From Okamejei kenojei (Eukaryota): 64,000 nt of DNA. The notes under the pieces are model-generated. The model ran no database searches. It had not been told where the DNA came from and was given only the letters and a program-made list of their open reading frames with translations. Below, in pieces: positions 1-12,785 of this stretch. The stretch is from the NCBI GenBank assembly GCA_035221665.1, contig CM069154.1, positions 6,014,001 through 6,078,000 on the forward strand. The letters run 5' to 3'. A program made the position numbers and the translations under genes. Numbering within the stretch: position 1 is the first letter of the stretch; each line of letters begins with the position of its first letter.

Positions 1-159
1 TTTGCAAAATTTTCTAAACACCTGTTTTCGCGTCGTCATTCTGGGGTATTGTGAGTAGATTGATGATAAAAAAATAAATGTAATCCATTTTAAAATAAGG
101 ATGTAATGTAACAAAATGTGGAAAAAGTGAATGGGTCTGTATAATTTCTGAATGCACTG
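1..159. mobile_element. Terminal part of a Tc1/mariner-like DNA transposon (runs off the left edge)
   Basis: Ends in ...tttctgaatgcactg|ta, the reverse complement of a CAGTGCATTCAGAAA Tc1-type TIR followed by a TA target site. Confidence 0.6.
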
Positions 160-431
160 TACATCCACCTTTCTTCCTTATCACTCACAGTGATCCCAAT
201 TGACTCAAATGTCCAAAATGTCTTTTAAATGCTGTTATTCTGACTGCCTCAACAACCTCCTCTGGCAGCAGGTACCATTTACATATCACCCAATGTGTGG
301 AGAACGTTGTCCCTCAGAACAGAAGTTGGGATGTTATATTTCAGTTGTACATATGTTGTTGAGGTCGAACTTGGGCAAATTGTGGTCAGATTCAGCCACT
401 CATCTGTACAAAACATGCCATTACAGAAAAT

Positions 432-780
432 TGCACCATCTACTATATCCGCTTGTTCACACCTGGTACGACGGATATAGTAGATGAGGTTAGAGGAGAT
501 GCAAGTGAACCTCTGCCTCACCCGAAAAGACTGTTGGAGTCCTTGGACGGAGTGGACGAAGGAGGTATAGGGACAGGTGTTGTATCTGCTGCAGTTGTAG
601 GGGAAGGTACCTGGGGACGGGGTGGGTTGGGTGGGAAAGGATGAGTTGACCAGGGAGTTGCGGAGGGAACGGTCTCTACGGAAAGCAGAAATCGGTGGAG
701 ATGGAAAAATGTGGCTAGTGGTGGGATCCGGATGGAAGTGGAGAAAATGTCGGAGGATTATACGCTGTGTGCGACGGCTG
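432..780 (-). mobile_element. Penelope-like retroelement fragment (GIY-YIG region)
   Basis: Minus strand translates to QRFTCISSNLIYYIRRTRC; same family as 19560-20160, 29860-30245 and 45797-47200. Confidence 0.7.
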
Positions 781-1238
781 ATAGGGCGAAATGTGAGTTT
801 ATTCTCCTTACCACCAGGGAAATGTCGGGGTGGAGAGGCTGGCTGTCTGCCGGGCGGTGGGTGGACATTGGGGGTGGGGGCTCATTGACGGGGCAGAGGA
901 AGGGAGAGAGAGAGAGAGCGCAGGGTGGGGAGGAAGAGACTGAGGTGGTGGCGGGGATCGGGCTGGCCTGCCTCGGGAGGACTGAACGCAGTCTGTTGAG
1001 TTCCTGGGACTGATTCCCTGTTTAATATTCTGCGGGTATTCAGACCACGAGCAACACTTGTTTCTCACTGATCTGTACCTGTGGGATCATTAGTTTGAGT
1101 GGGAATGTAAACCTCTGGCAGGGTGACTTTTTTTTACAGTTCAGAGGCAGGGAAATGTGCTGAGCATCCCACTTGAAGTGACACTTCCCGGATCAGGCAT
1201 TTCAGTGGAGACATCAAGTCAATCGCTGCGAAACGTAC

Positions 1239-1559
1239 CGTCAGATACTTGGAGATGAACGTTAAACAGTGGATCCGTGTGATCTGTATAAATTCCACAG
1301 CTGTACCATCCTGTATCTTCAGAGTGAAGATCCTCCACAGTCACAGTAAATATTCCTCGTGCCGGGTTATCTGTGATTGACACTCTTCCACTCCGTCTGT
1401 GTTGCCACTTAGTTGCCACTAAAACTTTACATTGGATAGTCCACCCATGGCACCAGTATTTTGTGTATGAGCGGTACCATGATTCATATTGACAATCGAT
1501 TGTGATCGCTCTTCCCACAACTCCTCTTACATACTTCACTCCCCACACTGCATCTGAAA
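1239..1559 (-). CDS. Gene A: V-type Ig domain exon of a CD300/pIgR-like (MDIR-type) receptor
   Basis: Acceptor ctcccctcag, donor G|gtacgt, 321 nt, phase 1-1, open frame: VSDAVWGVKYVRGVVGRAITIDCQY...KYWCHGWTIQC...RVSITDN...DTGWYSCGI...LQVSD. Four Cys including the CD300/pIgR-type C-x6-C extra pair. Confidence 0.9.
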
Positions 1560-1719
1560 CTGAGGGGAGAAACTTTAAGATGGAGAGCATATGAACTGTT
1601 TAATGAAAATAGATACATTTTGAAGATTACACGAAAGAAAACTTAATTCGTTCCATGATGTGTCATGTTGCTTTCCGGCCGATGTCTCCAGGCAGTGCTG
1701 TTATTGTACCAGTTGTGTC

Positions 1720-1850
1720 AGTGTGCTGTCCCCGGGTCAGTACAATTAGTGTTCACTTCCCACTCCAGATCCCTGGGCAGAAACTGGGCTGGGATCGCAG
1801 TGCGGTACTGAGGGAGCGCGGCAGTGTTGCAGGAGCTGCCTTTCAACAAT
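1720..1850 (+). repeat. Ancient Deu-domain SINE-like relic in intron 1 (paralogous copies at about 21150-21270 and 52950-53070)
   Basis: Contains cccactccag...cagtgcggtactgagggagcgcggcagtgttgcaggagctgcc, resembling the DeuSINE/SacSINE1/AmnSINE core as I recall it. Confidence 0.45.
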
Positions 1851-2904
1851 CCCAGGCGGTGCCCGGCCTCTCACCCTACAGAAACACCCCACTTTGCTAT
1901 TTCATTGGCGGTGCCGCCGGCTGCGCTGCCTACATTCATCTCTCAACCGACACTGGGCCGGACCCTTGTTTGGACATTCAGCGCCGCCACTGCCTTTACA
2001 ACGCCCAGACTGAGGACAGAGTACGGACGAGTTATAATAAAAAGGGTCCCTTACTGGAGAGCGTTACTAGCGTGAAAACGCACACCGCCAGATTCAGGAA
2101 CAGTTTCATCCCAGCTGTTATCAGGCATCTGAATCATCCTACTACAAACAGATGGCAGTTGTGTAGTCCCAGCTACCTCTCTGATGACCCTCGGACCACC
2201 CTTGATCGGACTTTGCTGGCTTTACCTTACACTAAACGTTATTTCCTTTTCATGTATCTATGCACTGTAAGAGGATCGATAACAATCATATATTGTCATC
2301 CTGCTGGCGAGTTTGCTCGCGACAAAAAAACTCTACCTGGGCACACGTGACAATAACCTAAACTGAATTTGGAACCCACTGGTCATCTGGGACATGTTCT
2401 ATTCCCAATGACTCCGGCTCGCCTTGGACCTTTCAGCACCACTGGGCCGCGGATTGGAGAGAGAGTTGGGAGTTGGTGGATAGAGCGAGGACAGTGGTTC
2501 AGTTTCAGACTCCAGGGAATTGTTGGATTTACGACAGAGTTGAGTTGGACAAATGCAGGGAATATTTGAACTTACACAATGAGTCCACAATCGTGACTTC
2601 CACCTCAGTTCTAAACACATTTTGTTAGTGTATATTAATTTCATGGTGATGTTGGAACCTCTTTCTTCGGTCCAGGTGTCTTGGAGTATCTGCTCCAAAT
2701 TCATTTGCTATGTTATGCCTTTAAACTATCGTCGAACAGAGTCTCGATATTTAAATACGATTTCAGATCCATCACCACAATATACTGAGTTCCAACTCCC
2801 CCATTACATGTCTACACACACTTAACCATCTCTGCTGTGGAAAGGGTGCACGGGACCCCAACTAACATTGATCACTGGAATATCAAGATCTGGCTTTCAC
2901 TCAC

Positions 2905-2941
2905 CGGGCAGTGAGGAGATGAGAAGAATGGGAATCCACAT
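2905..2941 (-). CDS. Gene A: signal-peptide exon MWIPILLISSLP(G/V)
   Basis: ATG at 2941, 37 nt, G|gtgagt donor, phase 1 joins the V exon in frame. Confidence 0.85.
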
Positions 2942-3039
2942 TGTTTTATCCACAGTTACAAGGCCAGCATTTTTCTTCCTGTCGCTCAGCTCTGAGCTCT
3001 CAGATACAACCGCATCTCTCAAATAGCAATGAGGAAGAA

Positions 3040-3060
3040 GGGAACAGGAAGTCACATCAT
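3040..3060. promoter_or_regulatory. Candidate ETS (PU.1-type) site in the proximal promoter of gene A; copy at about 23800-23820 in gene B
   Basis: gggaacaggaagtcacatc about 105 nt upstream of the ATG, conserved in A and B and deleted in pseudogene D. Confidence 0.35.
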
Positions 3061-3361
3061 GAACCACAGCGAGCAGTAGCAGCTCGACACGATGTAGTGT
3101 GAAAGGCTCAGGGTTATATTTAGCAAATGGTTGGGTCAGATGATCACAGTCATACAGCAGGAAACAGGCCCGTCTCCCCAAGCGTTAAACCAATATGCTC
3201 ATCTAAGTTAGTCAAATTTGCCCACGCTCGATCCATATCTCCCCAAACCTTCCCTATCCATGGGCCTGTTCAAGTGCCCGATACACGTGGGTATTGCAGC
3301 TGCTTCAGCCACTTCGTCTAGTGTGATGTATCCGTAAGGATGAAGCAGCGGTTAACTGTGT

Positions 3362-4152
3362 AAACATAGAAACATAAAAAAATAGATGCAGGAGTAGGCC
3401 ATTCGGCCCTTCGAGCCTGCACCACCATTCAATATTATCATGGCTGATTATCCAACTCAGTATCCTGTTCCTGCCTTCTCTCCATACCCCTTGATCTCTT
3501 TAGCCACAAGGGCCACATCTAACTCCCTCTTAAATATAGCCAATCAACTAGCCTCAACTACCTTCTGTGCAGAGAATTCCAGAGACTCACCACTCTCTGT
3601 GTGAAAAATGTTTTCCTCATCTCGGTCCTAAAGGAATTCCCCCTTACCCTTAGACTGTGACCCCTTGCTCTGGACCTCCCCAACATCGGGAACAATCTTC
3701 CTGCATCTAGCCTATCCAACCCCTTACATATTTTGTAAGCTTCTATAAAATCCCCCCTCAGTCTTCTAAATTCTCGTGAGTACAAGCCAAGTCTATCCAG
3801 TCTTTCCTCATATGAAAGTCCTGAAATCCCAGGAATCAGTCTGGTGATCCTTCTATGGCAAGAATGTCTTTCCTCAGATTTGGAGACCAAAATTGTACTC
3901 AATACTCCAGGTGTGGTCTCACCAAAACCCTGTACAACTGCAGTAGAACCTCCATGCTCTTATACTCAAATCCTTTCGCTATGAATGCTAACATACCATT
4001 TGCTTTCTTCACTGCCTGCTGCACCTGCATGCCTACTTTCAATGATTGGTGTACCATGACACCCAGGTCTCGTTGCATCTCCCCTTTTCCTAATTTGCCA
4101 CCATTCAGATAATAGTCTGCCCTCCTGTTTTTGCCATAAATGTGGATAACCT
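3362..4152 (-). mobile_element. CR1 LINE, 5'-truncated 3' end
   Basis: RT C-terminal peptides (RDLGVMVHQSLK, LYRVLVRPHLEY, SYEERLDRLGLYS) and the CR1-type tail; absent from the paralogous site in B (about 24115). Confidence 0.9.
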
Positions 4153-4896
4153 TGTATTCAGAGTCTGTTAACACTGAACAGTGGCAGATAAAAAAATGCA
4201 GGAGCAACTCTGCGGGCCAGGTAGCACCTCTGGAGAAAATGGATAGGTGACGTTTCGGGTCTGGACCGTTCAAGTAAACAATGATACGTTGGTTAAAATA
4301 TGACATTTAGAAGATTAGAAAGTCTAAGATGTGTACACTTCCGGCTCATTCCCTCTTGATGATTTTGTAAGTGGACCGGCAGATCAAAAATATAATCGTT
4401 GGAACCTTTGTTGTGGCATGTTACTGGTGACAAGGGGCAAAACAGGAAGCTGGCGTGAGGAAGTAGGGGCTTTTGACCTGAACTCAGCTGAGGTTAATTG
4501 GAGTTTGAGCCTCTTCTCTCTACTTCAACTATTTAATTCAAACTTTGAAACGCTATTGTTATGATATTCATGTTTTGAAAATAACAATTAATGGTGTTGT
4601 GGACTGTGAAGAAGTTTGTCTAGAATTACCACAGGATGGCGATCAGCTGGGAAAGCGGGATGTGGAATGTAACTGACATGTGTAATGTAACTGAAACAAG
4701 GGCGAAGTGATACGCTCAGTGAAGTTAAAGCGAGGTAGAATATGCACGGTGAATTGAATTGTTAACTTGTTTTTCTTTGCAATACAGAGCTAATAAATTA
4801 TCAGAGTTGTGTTCATGTATATTCCATTGTCTGATTGTTTACATCTGCCTGCAACGCTTTCATTCCTTACGCAACCAGTGGCATTATAATATAACC

Positions 4897-5547
4897 TATT
4901 ATTACCCATATCACACATCTGAGGTATGCTTTTACGAAATTGTATTCCCTTCGTTTTTACTGCCAGCAGCGCTAACAGGGGAATATTTTACTATATTCCC
5001 CGCTGTTTTAACAGGTAAAGTCCATAGGCGTTCGCAAGAAAGGGGAATACAAGAAAATATTCCCCTGTTACCCCTGCTGGCAGTAAAAACGAAGGGAATA
5101 CAATTTCGTAAAAGCATACCTCAGATATGTGATATGGGTAATATTTTCTTATATTCCCCTTTCTAGCGAACGCCTATGGACTTTACCTGTTTAAACAGCG
5201 GGGAATATAGTCTTATATTCCCCTGGTCTCACATCCGGGAACTTGGCAACGTGACGGCAACGTGACGCTGCGTGGGAAATTTAGAATATTCAAACAGCAG
5301 ACAGGAAGACTGCCGCGTCCATTTTGGTTAAATTTTTACGTGGAAGTCCGCCGAGCTGAGATGTTCAAATTTTCCTCTAGATGTCTGATAATGGGTAATA
5401 ATAACAATATTGACTGTCCTCTTTCGGGAGATACGACATATATTGCCCTCACTAGATCCATATTGCCCTCGTCTTCGACTCGGGCAATATGAATCTACTT
5501 CAGGCAATATATGTCGTATCCCCCTCAAGGCCAGTCAATATTCTATT
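4897..5547. mobile_element. Non-autonomous DNA element with inverted repeats and terminal hairpin (CryptonV-like), internally rearranged
   Basis: Absent from paralogs (24498, 31002, 54995). Inverted repeat tattacccatatcacacatct...agatgtctgataatgggtaata, then a palindrome of about 140 nt (5405-5547) with a ccctcgtcttcgactcggg loop. Family assignment is from recall. Confidence 0.5.
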
Positions 5548-6642
5548 AATATCTGCTGCTGGCTATCGTTCTCAGTGGGTTACTTTCAGTGGGAACAATG
5601 CAGTTTATTCGGGTTGTGTCCATCTGTGGCAATGTTGTGCATCACGTGGTATCGGTGCAACACACTGATGTGTCCGCCACTGATGTTAGCTGAGCGTTGG
5701 CGACCCTCAGTAAAGGATCTTCTGTTCGGGGCGATTTGTTGTTTACTTGCCCAACTAAAAACACTGCAGTGAGGAACCGACGATGCAGCAAAACAATTTA
5801 ATTCTGTCTTCATTCGCCTTTGACCCATGACTTCTGCAAACACTTCTCAGCAAACAGTGTTACAACGAGCTGCTCGCAAGATGCGGTTCACATGTACGAA
5901 TCTACAAATCCTTGTTGCAGCATCGCGAGCAAAGTGTCAGCAGTGCAGAACAATTCAGCGTAAAGAATGAAATGAGTGTTTGAACATATCAGATTAAAGT
6001 TCATTGCAAGCCAACACCCACCACTAAATACAACAGTGGCGTCGACCCGAAATGTCACCCATTCTTTCCCTCTGGTGAAGCTGCCTGTCCCACTGAGTTG
6101 CTCCAGTATTTTGTGTCTATCTGTGGCATCTCAGACCGTTTATCTCTCACTATCTGTGAGGCACTTTGGGATATCTTGCAATGGGGAAATAATCAACTCA
6201 AGATCACCCCTCCCATTAGAACTTTAACAAGCTCCATTTGAACGGGCCAGCCAGCATCAGTGTGACCACAGAATCTGCAAGTATCTCTGACTATTCAGCA
6301 CCCCTCTGATATCCCTGACTTGAGGGTTTGTGTGTTCTAAGCAGCCTCTGGTCTCATCTCCTCGTCTCCCCGCTTACTGTGTGGAGAATGTTTATCTTTG
6401 TCAGTGGGACATTTTACCCAAAGCAATCCTTGAATCTTTCCGAACTTCATGGCGGTTACTCCGTTTTTGCAGGTCACCATTTCTTACTTCCAAACGACAT
6501 CCTTCATAGTTCTTTCATAGGCGGGATTACAGTCACAAGTCAGACTGAGGAAAGCAACACAATGTATTTGCAGTTTTACACCCCGCGCTTTGCAAGCTGC
6601 AACTCAACCATTTTTTTTGCATAAGAATATACTTTCCACTAA

Positions 6643-6940
6643 TTTAGTTTAGTTTAGTTTGGAGATATAGCGAGAAAACAGATCCTTCGGTCCACACTGA
6701 CCAGCAATCCCCGCACATTAACACTATCCCACACACACTGGGTACAATTTACATGTATAGCAAGCCAGTAAAACCCACACTACATCTTTGTAGTGTGGAA
6801 GGAAACGGACGATCTCGAAGAAAACCCACGCGGTCACGGTAGAATGTACAAACTCCTTACAGTAGTCGGGATCGAACGCGGGACCCCGGCGCTGCAAGTG
6901 CTGTAAGGCAGCAACTCTACTGTTGCGCCACGGTGGCCAC
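6643..6940 (-). mobile_element. tRNA-derived SINE (V-SINE/HE1-like)
   Basis: Minus strand has A box gtggcgcaacagtag, B box gttcgatccc, a central ggttttc...ccacact domain and a (ctaaa)n tail. Confidence 0.7.
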
Positions 6941-8816
6941 TATTTGTAGTCCTTTAACTCATTTGTACAGTGGCAAAATGAAATAACTCTTTGCAGCATT
7001 AAAATGTTTATCAATATTACGGTACTCAAAGGACGCGAAAGTGGGGTGATATAGAACAAGTGATAAAGGGTTGTTTGCTGGTTGACGTGGACTCGGTGGG
7101 CCAAATGGTCTGTATCCAAGCTGTATCTTTCAATCACAATCAAAAAATAGATGTCGGAATATAAGACTATATTCCCCGCTGTTTTAACACGTAAAGTCCA
7201 TAGGCGTTCGCAAGAAAGGGGAATACAAGAAATTATTACCCATATCACACATCTGAGGTATGCTTTTACAAAATTGTATTCCCTTCGTTTTTACTGCCAG
7301 CAGGGTTAACAGGGGAATATTTTCTTGTATTCCCCTTTCTTGCGAACGCCTATGGACTTTACCTGTTAAAACAGCGGGGAATATAGTCTTATATTCCCCT
7401 GGTCTCACATCCGGGAACTTGGCAACGTGACGGCAACGTGACGCTGCGTGGGAAATTTAGAATATTCAAACGGCAGACAGGAAGACTGCCGCGTCCATTT
7501 TGGTTAAATTTTACGTGGAAGTCCGCCGAGCTGAGATGTTCAAATTTTCCTCTAGATGTCTGATATGGGTAATAATAACAATATTGACTGTCCTCTTTCG
7601 GGAGATACGACATATATTGCCCTCACTAGATCCATATTGCCCTCGTCTTCGACTCGGCAATATGAATCTACTTCAGGCAATATATGTCGTATCCCCCCTC
7701 AAGGCCAGTCAATATTCTATTAATATCTGCTGCTGGCTATCGTTTCTCAGTGGGTTACATTCAGGGGGAACAATGCAGTTTATTCGGGTTGTGTCCATCT
7801 GTGGCAATGTTGTGCATCACGTGGTATCGGTGCAACACACTGATTTGTCCGCCTCTAATGTTAGCTGAGCGTTGGCGACCCTCAGTAAAGGATCTTCTGT
7901 TCGGGGCGATTTGTTGTTTACTTGCCCAACTAAAAACACTGCAGTGAGGAACCGGCGATGAAGCAAAACAATTTAATTCTGTCTTCATTAGCCTTTGACC
8001 CATGACTTCTGCAAACACTTCTCAGCAAACAGTGTTACAACGAGCTGCTCGCAAGATGCGGTTCACATGTACGAATCTACAAATCCTTGTTGCAGCATCG
8101 CGAGCAAAGTGTCAGCAGTGCAGAACAATTCAGCGTAAAGAATGAAATGAGTGTTTGAACATATCAGATTAAAGTTCATTGCAAGCCAACACCCACCACT
8201 AAATACAACAGTGGCGTCGACCCGAAATGTCACCCATTCTTTCCCTCTGGTGAAGCTGCCTGTCCCACTGAGTTGCTCCAGTATTTTGTGTCTATCTGTG
8301 GCATCTCAGACCGTTTATCTCTCACTATCTGTGAGGCACTTTGGGATATCTTGCAATGGGAAATAACCAACTCAAGATCACCCCTCCCATTAGAACTTTA
8401 ACAAGCTCCATTTGAACGGGCCAGCCAGCATCAGTGTGACCACAGAATCTGCAAGTATCTCTGACTATTCAGCACCCCTCTGATATCCCTGACTTGAGGG
8501 TTTGTGTGTTCTAAGCAGCCTCTGGTCTCATCTCCTCGTCTCCCCGCTTACTGTGTGGAGAATGTTTATCTTTGTCAGTGGGACATTTTACCCAAAGCAA
8601 TCCTTGAATCTTTCCGAACTTCATGGCGGTTACTCCGTTTTTGCAGGTCACCATTTCTTACTTCCAAACGACATCCTTCATAGTTCTTTCATAGGCGGGG
8701 TTACAGTCACAAGTCAGACTGAGGAAAGCAACACAATGTATTTGCAGTTTTACACCCCGCGCTTTGCAAGCTGCAACTCAACCATTTTTTTTGCATAAGA
8801 ATATACTTTCCACTAA

Positions 8817-9122
8817 TTTAGTTTAGTTTAGTTTGGAGATATAGCGAGAAAACAGATCCTTCGGTCCACCGAGTCCACACTGACCAGCAATCCCCGCACA
8901 TTAACACTATCCCACACACACTGGGTACAATTTACATGTATAGCAAGCCAGTAAAACCCACACTACATCTTTGTAGTGTGGAAGGAAACGGACGATCTCG
9001 AAGAAAACCCACGCGGTCACGGTAGAATGTACAAACTCCTTACAGTAGTCGGGATCGAACGCGGGACCCCGGCGCTGCAAGTGCTGTAAGGCAGCAACTC
9101 TACCGTTGCGCCACGGTGGCCA
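8817..9122 (-). mobile_element. tRNA-derived SINE (duplicate of 6643-6940)
   Basis: Same A/B boxes and tail. Confidence 0.7.
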
Positions 9123-9339
9123 CTATTTGTAGTCCTTTAACTCATTTGTACAGTGGCAAAATGAATAACTCTTTGCAGCATTAAAATGTTTATCAATATT
9201 ACGGTACTCAAAGGACGCGAAAGTGGGGTGATATAGAACAAGTGATAAAGGGTTGCTTGCTGGTTGACGTGGACTCGGTGGGCCAAATGGTCTGTATCCA
9301 AGCTGTATCTTTCAATCACTTAATCAAAAAATAGATGTA

Positions 9340-10025
9340 TGACATGCTGGAGTAACTCGGCGAGGCAAGGAGCATCTCTGGATGAAAGGAACGGGTGACG
9401 TTCCGGGTCGAGACCCTGCTTCAGACGGAAGTCAGGGGAGAGGGAGATACTTGGATAAGGATCCGTGGTTTGGAAAAAAGTGGATGGATATCAAAGGAAA
9501 ATGTGGAATAGATCATTGTTAGCTGGGAGAAGGTAACAACAAAGCAATTAGAGATAAAATGCAGTCGGAGACTGCCAGACTGATCGGAGAACTAGCAAGG
9601 GGTTGGGGGTGGATTGAGACGGAAAGCGAGGGTTACTTGATGTTAGATAAATCAGTATTCGCACCGCGGGGGTGTAAGCTGCCCAAGCGAAATATGAGGT
9701 GCTCTTCCTCCAATTTGCGCTGAGGCTCCCTCTGACAACGGAGGAGGCCCGGGACAGAAATGACAGTGTGAGAATGGTAGGGGGAGATAAAGTGTTTAGC
9801 AACCGGGATATCAGGTAGGTTTAAGCAGACTGAGCGGAGGTTTTCAGCTAAACGATCGCCGAGAAACGAGAACAAGCGCAGGCTCGGCGATCAATTCGCT
9901 GAACACCGCCGCTCAGTCCGCCGAAGCCTACCTGATCTATCCGCAGATGTCGCCTGTCACGCTGAGTTACCCCAGCAATTTATGTCTATCTTCAGTTTAA
10001 ACCAGCATCTGGAGTTCCTTCCAAC
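9340..10025. mobile_element. Penelope-like element fragments with terminal repeat
   Basis: Minus-strand DRLAENLRSV...VAKHF...RKLEEEHLIFRLGSLHPRG (GIY-YIG C-terminus); a short inverted piece at about 9870-10025. Confidence 0.75.
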
Positions 10026-10199
10026 CTAAAAATTATTTGCATATTGGAAATGAAATCTGCAGATGTTGGATGTGCTTAGTGCGTCAGTCCGCGTCTGTGG
10101 AGTGAAAAATAAGGCTAATCGTGTGAACAATTTCGTAGCATAATTTTGTTCTGATGGTATTGCATAGTCTGAAATATTAATTGATTGGCTCTCCTAAAT

Positions 10200-11016
10200 G
10201 TGATAAATATGAAGTTATCAACTTTGCTGGCAAAAACAGGAGGGTATACTATTATCTGAATGGTGGCAAATTAGGAAAAGGGGAGATGCAACGAGGCCTG
10301 GGTGCCATGGTACACCACTCATTGAAAGTAGGCATGCAGGTGCAGCAGGCAGTGAAGAAAGCAAATGGTGTGTTAGCATTCATAGCGAAAGGATTTGAGT
10401 ATAGGAGCAGGGAGGTTCTACTGCAGTTGTACAGGGTTTTGGTGAGACCACACCTGGAGTATTGCGTACAGTTTTGGTCTCCAAAGCTGAAAAAATACAT
10501 TCTTGCCATAGAGGGGGTACAGAGAAGGTTCACCAGACTGATTCCTGGGATGTCAGGACTTTCATATGAGGAAAGACTGGATAGACTTGGCTTGTACTCG
10601 CTAGAATTTAGAAGACTGAGGGGGGATCTTATAGAAACTTACAAAATTCTTAAGGGGTTGGATAGGCTAGATGCAGGAAGATCGTTCCCGATGTTGGGGA
10701 TGTCCAGAACAAGGGGGTCACAGTCTAAGGATAAGGGGGAATTTCTTTAGGACCGAGATGAGGAAAACATTTTTTACACAGAGAGTGGTGAGTCTCTGGA
10801 ATTCTCTGCCACAGAGGTAGTTGAGGCCAGTTCATTGGCTATATTTAAGAAAAAGTTAGATGTGGCCCTTGTGGCTAAAGGGATCAGGGGGTATGGAGAG
10901 AAAGCAGGTACAGGATACTGAGTTGGATGATCAGCCATGATCATATTGAATGGTGGTACAGGCTCGAAGGACCGAATGGCCTACTCCTGCACCTAATTTC
11001 TATGTTTCTATGTTTC
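10200..11016 (+). mobile_element. CR1 LINE, 5'-truncated 3' end
   Basis: ORF 10181-10750 is CR1 RT C-terminus; ends in a (ttctatgt)n tail. Confidence 0.9.
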
Positions 11017-11184
11017 TAAACGCCTTTAACGTTTGGCAACAAGAGGAATATCGAGCAGTCTAATCAAAACAAATTAGACAAACTATTTAGTGACAACCAT
11101 TTATTAAGAAGCATTCCGTTTCATTATTATTAATTAATTTGTGAAAAAAAAATCCAGGAAATTTAATGCATATAATATAGTTTA

Positions 11185-12785
11185 GCTGGACTATAAATCT
11201 CATAGAATTCAAAGAAGACATTTGTGCAACCCAAAGAATTTGGTGGATGAACACTCCCTAATTTTTTGTATTATTATTGGGAAGCAAACTTCAAAAATGT
11301 GATTCACCTGTCGGACAACTCTGCCCAGCGGGTGGATTGGATAGTAATGGAGAGAGAGGATTGCGCCCATTTTAATATAGGAGCGATCCTTCTCTCACCA
11401 ACAAAACTGAATAATACAATATACAGTAAAAATCCAATTAGTCATAATACTATTAGAATTTGGAAACAAATAAAATTAACCCTTAAATTACGACATTTAT
11501 CACTTCTCACCCCTATAGTTTATAATCTGTCATTTAAACCTTCTAGTATTGATAAATCATTTACATATTGGGAAAGAATAGGAATTAAAACGTTCGGAGA
11601 CATGTATGAAAATGGAAATTTCTTATCATTCCAACAACTACAACTAAATACAACCGGAGAAGTAATCAATATTTTCAATATTTTCAAATTCATGCTACTT
11701 GAAAACATATACACAAGAATATCAAAATTTGTCTCCAGACTTATTAGACGAAGCAATGAATATAAAGGCAGATTCAACTAATTTAATATCATATTTGTAT
11801 AATATTATGCTAAATATAGAAATACCATCATCTGATAGAATTAGAAGAGATTGGTAACAAGAACTAGCTATAAAAATCTCGAAAGAGAGTTGGGATAAAC
11901 ACTTGCTATCTGTGCACAAATGCTCGATCAATGTAAGACATATTTTAATCCAATTTTAATCTTTACATAGACTATATTATTCAAAAACTAAAATATGTAA
12001 TTGTTTTCTAAATGTCTCCCCAATTTGTGATAAATGTCTATCCCCAAAAGCTACCATAGCGCATTCCTTTGTTTTTTGCATAAAAATCCAAAAATTCTGG
12101 AATGAAATCGTTGAGATTTTTACAAATTATTCAAAATAAAATTGAAACCGAATGCAGAATTTATTATTTTTGGAACAATGGAAGCCAGCTTTGAGCTAAC
12201 TTCGTTCCAAAAGAGCTTCCTTAATTATGGCTTAATAATGGCAAAAAAACTTGTACTTAAATTCTGGAAAAACGCTCCCACACCAACGATAAAAATGTGG
12301 ATTTCAAACATGTCTGAAATGTTACACCTAGAAGATATGAGATTCCTCCTAGCAGGCAAATCAGACCATTTCCAAAAGATCTGGTCTCCATTTATCGACT
12401 TATTACAAGCATAGGGTGCAACACAACTATGAAAACAAATTGTATCAGGACCCGGTGAGGGGTGTGTAAAGATACGTAGGTACATCCCTTTTATCTTAGA
12501 TTATTTTACTTTCTCATATTTTCTGTCTTCTATTTTTTTTTATTTCTTTTCCTTTATTTTTGTTTTAGTCTTTCTTGTGTCCTACGCTTCTACGGGTTCT
12601 TCCTGATCACTCTTTCACGCACTTACTATTCTATCTAACTCTCTCTCTTCTTCTTCTTCTTCTTCTTCTTCTTCTTCTTCTTCTTCTTCTTCTTCTTCTT
12701 CTGCTTCTTCTTCTTCTTCGTTATTTTTGGCTTATATCATTGTAATGTACATTACTTCTAATAAATAAAATTAAAACAAATAATA
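11185..12785 (+). mobile_element. L1-clade LINE 3' fragment, degenerate, with 13-bp target-site duplication
   Basis: ORF2 C-terminal peptides (YYYWEAN..., CDKCLSPKATIAH Cys-rich motif), A-rich end, TSD ataatatagttta at 11172-11184 and 12786-12798. Confidence 0.8.
12646..12719 (+). repeat. (TTC)n microsatellite in the L1 3' UTR
   Basis: Directly visible. Confidence 0.95.

Larger units (their letters stand above)
5142..9320. repeat. Near-identical tandem duplication of about 2.17 kb (about 5142-7140 vs 7318-9320)
   Basis: The ORF track repeats itself (5586/7761, 5976/8151, 6328/8502); differences are mostly small indels. Confidence 0.95.

Noticed and set aside
1239-1559. V exons as rearranging Ig/TCR gene segments
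   Set aside because: They include the G strand, end in a splice donor, show no RSS heptamer/nonamer and carry the CD300/pIgR extra Cys pair.
1655-2350. 231-aa plus-strand ORF
   Set aside because: Spans a SINE relic and a Rex-like LINE tail in intron 1; broken in the paralogs.
4899-5230. CRISPR-like or prokaryotic repeat array
   Set aside because: Eukaryotic context; the repeats are inverted transposon ends, not repeat-spacer units.
5586-8798. Repeated ORFs (e.g. CSLFGLCPSVAMLCITWY, TSQTEESNTMYLQF) recurring in four or five places as a possible small-protein family
   Set aside because: They lie in segmentally duplicated upstream DNA; frames and stops are not conserved between copies and there is no splice or domain support.
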